From assembly GCF_009914755.1 (NCBI RefSeq), contig NC_060943.1: a stretch of 64,000 nt of DNA. One strand, written 5' to 3'. The notes beneath the pieces were generated by a model that worked only from the letters and a program-made list of their open reading frames with translations, searched no databases and was not told the origin of the DNA. Below are positions 56,833-64,000 of the stretch, piece after piece. The stretch comes from the human T2T-CHM13v2.0 reference genome, Homo sapiens. Both the position numbers and the translations under genes were made by a program. How positions within the stretch are numbered: the stretch's first letter is position 1; each line of letters starts with the position of its first letter.

Positions 56833-58085
56833 GGTGGGAGGCAAGGCCGTTGATCACCAGATTGATTGTCCAAGTTCCACTTCTTGATGGGGGCAGTCCC
56901 CGATCCCTCAGGGCAGGTGAATGCAAAGGAGAACAAGCACAGGTCTTTTCAGAGGGAGAAGGTGGGTACAGGGGCTTCAGGGCGTGGGCAGGGGTGCAGG
57001 GGATTGGGGGCAGTGGAGTGCTGTGGCTGATGTTTTTGTGAATTTCGGGACAGTTACATGTTAGACTTGAATTCAAAAAGCATCTGGCCAGGCGCGGTGG
57101 CTCACGCCTGTAATCCCAGCACTTTGGGAGTGGATCGCTTGAGGTTAGGAGTTCGAGACCAGCCTGGCCAACATGGTGAAACCCCGTCTCTACTAAAATT
57201 ACAAAAATTAGCCAGGTTTGGTGGTGCACGCCTGTAATCCCAGCTACATTGGAAGGCGGAGGCATGAGAATTGCTTGAACCCAGGAGGTGGAGGTTTAGA
57301 GGTTGCAATGAGTGGAGATCGTGCTGCTGCACTCCAGCCTGGGCGACAAAGTGAGACTCTGTCTCAAAAAAAAAAAAAGAAAGAAAAAAGCATCTGATGC
57401 TACAGCCTGTGCAAGCAGACCAGGGTCAGCCCGTGGGCATGGTATGCTTCTCGTGGCTCAGGGACTCCTGCAAGGGCTGGGTTGAGCTGTCAGGGGCCAG
57501 GAGCATTGAATGTGGTTCAGGGATGTGCCCAATCCTGAGGGAGCTGTGGGTGGCTCCAATGTTGTGCTTTAGAAAGGGGGGCTCCTGGTGGTCCAGGCAG
57601 GGGAACAGCAAGTGCAAAGGCCTGGAGGTGGGAACTGTGGCGAGGGGAGACTGAGAAGGCTTGGCTGGAGGTTGGAGTGCTGGTGAGTCAGTGGAGAGAT
57701 GCAAGAGGGGTGGCTGGTTCTCAGGTGTGGCTGAAAACCCGCCCCTTCGGAGTCCCCACAACCCCTTTCTTGCTCTGCAGTGACTCTCAAAGCTGCTTGT
57801 GTCTGGTCAGATCACTCGTAACAGCCCCCTGTTACAGATCCTATCCAACCCCGCCTGGTACCTCTGTGGATCTGACCGGGACCACCCAGGCCTCTATTTC
57901 CTGATTGTCTCAGCCCTGGGCATTGTCACCACGGCCGGGCCTTGTGCAGAGCAGTCTGGACAGGCTGGGATGAGGAACGGGCTCTCCAGGGGAGGGAACA
58001 AAGGTCCTGTCTGAGACTCTGAGCCATCACCTGGCCCCTCTGTGACTCACCGCCACCCTCAGCCCATGCAGCTATCCCTCATTCA

Positions 58086-58087
58086 TG

Positions 58088-58118
<31 letters not shown>

Positions 58119-58164
58119 TCCTTCCTTCCTTCCTTCCTTCCTTCCTTCCTTCCTTCCTTCCTTC
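58086..58164 (-). repeat. Compound microsatellite (TGCC)8(TTCC)11, i.e. 11 consecutive GGAA on the minus strand
   Basis: TGCC x8 at 58086-58117; TTCC x11 at 58118-58161 plus TTC. Confidence 0.97.
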
Positions 58165-59029
58165 AGTCCAACTGTTTTCTGAGCTCCGCAGAGGAAACAC
58201 AGAAGACAGCCTCCCTCAGGAATAAACACTCAGATGTTCCTGACCTGGGCCAAAGCTCTGGGCTGGGAAGAAAACAGATGGAGGGTGTGGGAGAGAGATA
58301 GGAGGTGGGATCTGCTGGCTCCAGGAAGCCCCCAGGCTGGTGGGGGACAGAGCTGAACACAGTCACCCCAAGCCTGGTGGGAACAGGGTGAGGCAGAGGC
58401 AGAGGCAGTAAGACTGGAAGAGGAGGAAGGAAGAGCTCCCTACCCACTGGTCCCCAAAGCTCCCTGGAGCCGCCATTAACTTTGAATGAATGAGTCGGCC
58501 AAGTTCAGCCTGGGTGCTGGGGGAAGGAGCACAGTTTTGGGGACCCCCAGCCCTGGTGATCCCAAACTCCCTGGGGCTCTGGCTTCCTGTCATCCTGGAA
58601 ATGGGTGTTGGAGGTTAGGACTGGGTGGCCTGATCCAGACGGGCGTCTCTCCTCCCACAGAAGGTGGCCTCTAACCGAGTGCCCCAGCATGTACCCAGTC
58701 CCACCCCTGGAAGGCCCTACACCTGGCTCCCAGACACCCCCCAACTTGCAATCACCCTAGTCCCCCTCAAGGCTCCCCTATGCAGAGCTAGACCCCGGAG
58801 GAGGTCGTTTGAGGGGCAGGCATTGAGTTGCTTTGCAAAGTTGTCTTTCAGCTGATGCTTACGGGGAGGACAGTCCCCAGGCGTGCAAAGGTTGACAGAG
58901 CGGCTGAAGTTTGGGACCTAATTTTGGGGAGGGGGTATAGTTAGGAGGTCCGGAGGGCTGTTGGGGGCGGGGGTTGGAGCTTCACCAAGGTCCTTCCCGT
59001 CTTATGGGGCAAGAGGGGGAGTTCGAAGA

Positions 59030-59530
59030 CCAGCCGCATGCCGGGGGGTTGCAGGGGGCGCCGGGGAATGTGGGATCTTTAAATATGGGCGGGGCTTGCG
59101 GGGTCGTCGAAGGCGGTGCCAACCCGGGCTCGGCCAATCGGCGGCGGCTCCCGCGTCGCACCGCCCCCTTCTCTCCCGGCCCGGGCGGGCGCTCGCCCCC
59201 CGCCGGGCCCGTGGACTGGGCGGCGGGGGATGCGCCTGCCGCCGCCGCCCCCGGCCCCGCCGCCCCCGGGCCCCGCGCCCGCTCGCTGCTGCCCGCCCCG
59301 TCCGCGACCCCGGCTCCGGCTCCCGACTGGGGGTCCGCGGCCGCGCGGGACCCTCTCCCCTCCAGCCTTGTCCGCCCGCTCGGGCCGAGCCCCGCAGGTA
59401 CAGGGTGGGATGGGTGAGGGTGCGGGAGGATCCAGGATCTGCAGCTCAGGGAGCCCGAGGAGGGAGGCACGTCTCGGAGGGGGACGCGGTTTGGGGCAGG
59501 GGCCAAGAGGGAGGGTCTCCGTGCGGTCCG
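59030..59530 (+). promoter_or_regulatory. CpG island promoter, probable proximal KCNN1 promoter
   Basis: CpG-dense; TTTAAATA 59078-59085, GC box GGGCGGGG 59087-59094, CCAAT 59134-59138; followed by a splice donor. Confidence 0.8.
59155..59397 (+). other. KCNN1: Probable KCNN1 alternative first exon (5' start approximate)
   Basis: GC-rich segment after the CCAAT/GC boxes ending at donor CAG|GTACAG (59398), followed by G-triplet-rich intron sequence. Confidence 0.65.
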
Positions 59531-61374
59531 GAGCCTAGGAGACACAGGAAAGGTGGGGGGAATGAATGCATGTACATTGCCCGAGTGAGTGAGGATCCAC
59601 GCACCCCCATCCTGGGAGGGGGAGGGTGCAGGGTTCACTTTGGGGGAGGGCAGAGCTGTGAGTCTCCAAACTGCATAGATAGGGTTGGAGGTCGGGGAGC
59701 TCTCAGGGATGGACAGTGACCCGCAATGACTTGGGAATGGGAGGGAGGTGACCCACCACTGGCCCCTGGATCCAGGGGTTGGGGCACTCAGGGAGGGGTC
59801 AGGAAACCGGGTCTTCCATCTCTCCCCGGACAGAAGTCCCGGACCCAGCTCGGGGCACTGCCCCTGCTGTTCTGGAGGGCTGGCCAGCAGATGGGAGTTC
59901 CCGAGGCTGGGGTCTGAGCGGTGAGGCTGATGGAGATGCATCAGAATGGAGGGCCCCCGAGGGAGGCAGCCTCCAGGAGAGCAGGCTAATTGCACCCTGC
60001 TGGCTGCTGGCAGGCTCCTGGCGGGTGGTGATGGGGGGATCGGGCGGGTAGCCAGCGCCTTGCTGCACTGGCTCCTGGGCGGCCCATGGGACGGGAGGGC
60101 AGGCAGTGTCTGTCTGCCCTGCAGAGCTAGGGCCCTGTGATTATTGGGGGAGGGGAGGGGAAGGGAGGGGTGGGGGTGGTGGCGGGAAGGGGGATCCTCG
60201 GAGACCTTCCTCAACCTCAGCAGGGACACCCGGACTCTGGCTGCGCCCGCTGGGGACCCACAACAGGCCCACATGTCCCAGAAGTTTCTGCTGTGTGCTG
60301 ATCTGGTTGTGGTACCCGGAAGCCCCTGGGTGTGCATCTGGGGAGCAGGGGCGGTCTGCCTTGGGGATTGAGGGGCAGGGAGCACCTTCTCTTGGTCCAG
60401 TTCTGAAGAACAGAAATCAATGGCATGAAGCTCTTACAGACTGCAAAGCATTTGCCATGCGAGATCTTACTCTGTTCTGGACACCAACCCTCGTAGTGGG
60501 GGGGTGGGGGGGAGGCACCATGAGGAATCTTTACAAAGCAGGTGGCCAAGGAGTGGGCAGTAACTTGCTCCCTGGCAGGGGTACCTAGGGCCCCTTCTCA
60601 GTGGCTGCCTCAACCAACCTGTCATTTGTAAAAATGCTCGCTGGAGGGCCCTGGGGGCCTGACTGGGATTCTGTCTCTTCCCATGTCCTGTTGGGTGGGG
60701 AATCTAAGGAGCCATCAGCCCTGCTCCCTGCTACCCTCATCCTCTCCTCAAGAGCTCTCATGGGTCCCCCCAGGCACACGAGGTTCCCCCAGAAGTGTGT
60801 GTCTCCAGGGAGGGTGTGGAAGTGGGTCTCTGCTCATCCCCTGCACCCCAGGCTTCAGGGAAGGGAGCTCTCATGACCAGACAGAGTAGTAAAAGTAAGG
60901 CAATATCAAAGACCTTCCAACCCAAATACACCCCGTAGGATGTTTGTTGTTTGTTAGAGATGGGATATTGCTAGTTGTCCAGGCTGGTCTCGAGCTCCTG
61001 GGCTGAAGTGATCTCCTGCCTTGGCCTCTTGAATAGCTGGAACTAGGTATATACCTAGCTAATAGGGTGGTATTCCTCACTTGGCAAACCCAGGGCTGTT
61101 ACCCAGAAAAACATACCCTTTCATGGGCATCCAAACCTTGGCTGAGGGTTCCCAGGGGCTCCTGGGTCTCTGGGAATCCCTGAGGGTCCCAGGGACTCCA
61201 GTGTTAGGCCCAGATTGCAGTGGGGGAGGGGATGTGTACCCAGGAATGGGGAAGGCCCAGGCACTCATCAGTTCTGTGCTCCAAGCTAGTGGCTTCTCGA
61301 CGGCAGGACCAGGCCAGTTCCCCTCCCAGAAAGCAGACCCTGCCACCTGCCACGCCTGGATGGCACTAATTTAG

Positions 61375-61500
61375 TCCCTGCCTTTCCTGGCTGGGTGACC
61401 TTGGGCAAAAGGTGCTGAGCTTCTCTGAGCTCTGTCTCCCGTCTGTAAAATGGGAACGGGAATGCCACCTTGCTCACCGGTGGTGATAGGGATTAAATGT
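61375..61500 (+). mobile_element. MIR fragment
   Basis: GCTGGGTGACCTTGGGCAA...CTCTGAGCTCTGTCTCCCGTCTGTAAAATGGG core; similar MIR cores at ~39340-39425, ~44020-44050, ~63870-63890. Confidence 0.75.
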
Positions 61501-62082
61501 GATCACCCTGATCTCAGGCTCAAAGCATAGTAAGAGCCCGGTCCACAGTAATGTGGTGGGTGCCGGGAAAGCCCTCCACCCCTCCACCCCTCCACCCTCT
61601 TGGAAGCCACCTGCCATTTCTCTCCTCCTCCCCACCCCCTCCCTGCCCAGGGCACCTTAGGACGCGGCTGCCAGGCGAGGAGGAACATGGCAGACACACG
61701 GCTGAATTTGGCCCATGCGTCGGGTGGCTGAGTCACATCCCCAAATTGCATCTTCATTGGTGCGTTTCGGAAGGTCGTTTGCAGAGGCCATCGGAGGCCT
61801 ACACCCCCTCTGGGTTCTGTCTGCCAGGCCACCCGCTTCTCATCCCTGTGCCCCCCATCCCCAGCTGGGGAAGTTTTGCACCCTCGGGGATGGTGGAAGG
61901 GGTGCCTGGGTTTTCCTGGGCCCCCTGGAGGAGGGCAGGATCTGGGGTTCCTGTGTGCACCCTAGTGCAAGCTCCCAGCCCCACCTGGTAGCCAGCGGAT
62001 GTTCAGGCAGTGGGCAGGGGTTTGAGCCTCGGAGCAGAAGGCCCACCTAAGTATTTGTGAGGTTACGGAAAGATCAGGGCCA

Positions 62083-62300
62083 AGGTCAGCCTCATAAACT
62101 GTCAAATGCTGGGCCCACAAGGCCAGGCCTTATAGACTGTGAAGTGCTGGGCCGGCAGGAGGTCAGGCCTGATAAACTGGGAAGTACTAGGCCACATGAG
62201 GCTAGGTCTCATAAACTGGGAAGTGCTGGGCCTGCGGGAGGTCAGGCCTTACAAGCTGTGAGGTGCCTGGTCACAGGAAGCCACAGCCTGATTGATGTGA
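62083..62300 (+). repeat. Degenerate minisatellite, about 39-40 bp unit, 5-6 copies
   Basis: Consensus approximately GGTCAGGCCTYATAAACTGKGAAGTGCTGGGCCNNCAGGA. Confidence 0.85.
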
Positions 62301-62307
62301 TGGGTGA

Positions 62308-62723
<416 letters not shown>

Positions 62724-62788
62724 TGAACTCCTGACCTCAAGTGATCTACCCGCCTCAGCCTCCCAAAGTGCTGGAATTACAGGCATGA

Positions 62789-63999
<1,211 letters not shown>

Positions 64000-64000
64000 A

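Noticed and set aside
58982-60385. 467-aa minus-strand ORF
   Set aside because: Antisense shadow of the GC-rich KCNN1 promoter and G-rich intron; P/S/A-rich with no domain or splice support.
62083-62300. Possible CRISPR-like array
   Set aside because: Contiguous degenerate units with no unique spacers, human context, no cas genes.

Overview
Human genomic DNA, extremely Alu-dense and GC-rich, recognised as 19p13.11 from the encoded protein and gene order. It holds the complete CCDC124 gene on the + strand: a non-coding exon 1 in a CpG island near 25.1 kb and four coding exons (28506-28664, 34744-34933, 35349-35463, 35596-35803) that splice with canonical GT-AG sites into a 672-nt, 223-aa ORF, with AATAAA at 36042. 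Downstream are CpG islands and 5' exons that I assign from recalled gene order and mRNA sequence to KCNN1, whose channel-coding exons lie beyond the window. The first 24 kb is intergenic and made of repeats, including a full-length SVA nested in an Alu nested in a MER1. Nearly all other ORFs in the supplied track are Alu, SVA or GC-rich shadow frames. I found no convincing new multi-gene system. The best second-look items are: a proline-rich AUG-initiated frame running in phase 0 to the donor of the 59-kb KCNN1 exon; a GGAA microsatellite 1 kb upstream of it; an NMD-escaping intron-3-retention frame and an AUGA stop/start overlap in CCDC124; an orphan NRF1-rich CpG island; and several readable Alu-mediated rearrangements. 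Repeat family names and boundaries come from recall of consensus sequences, not from a search.
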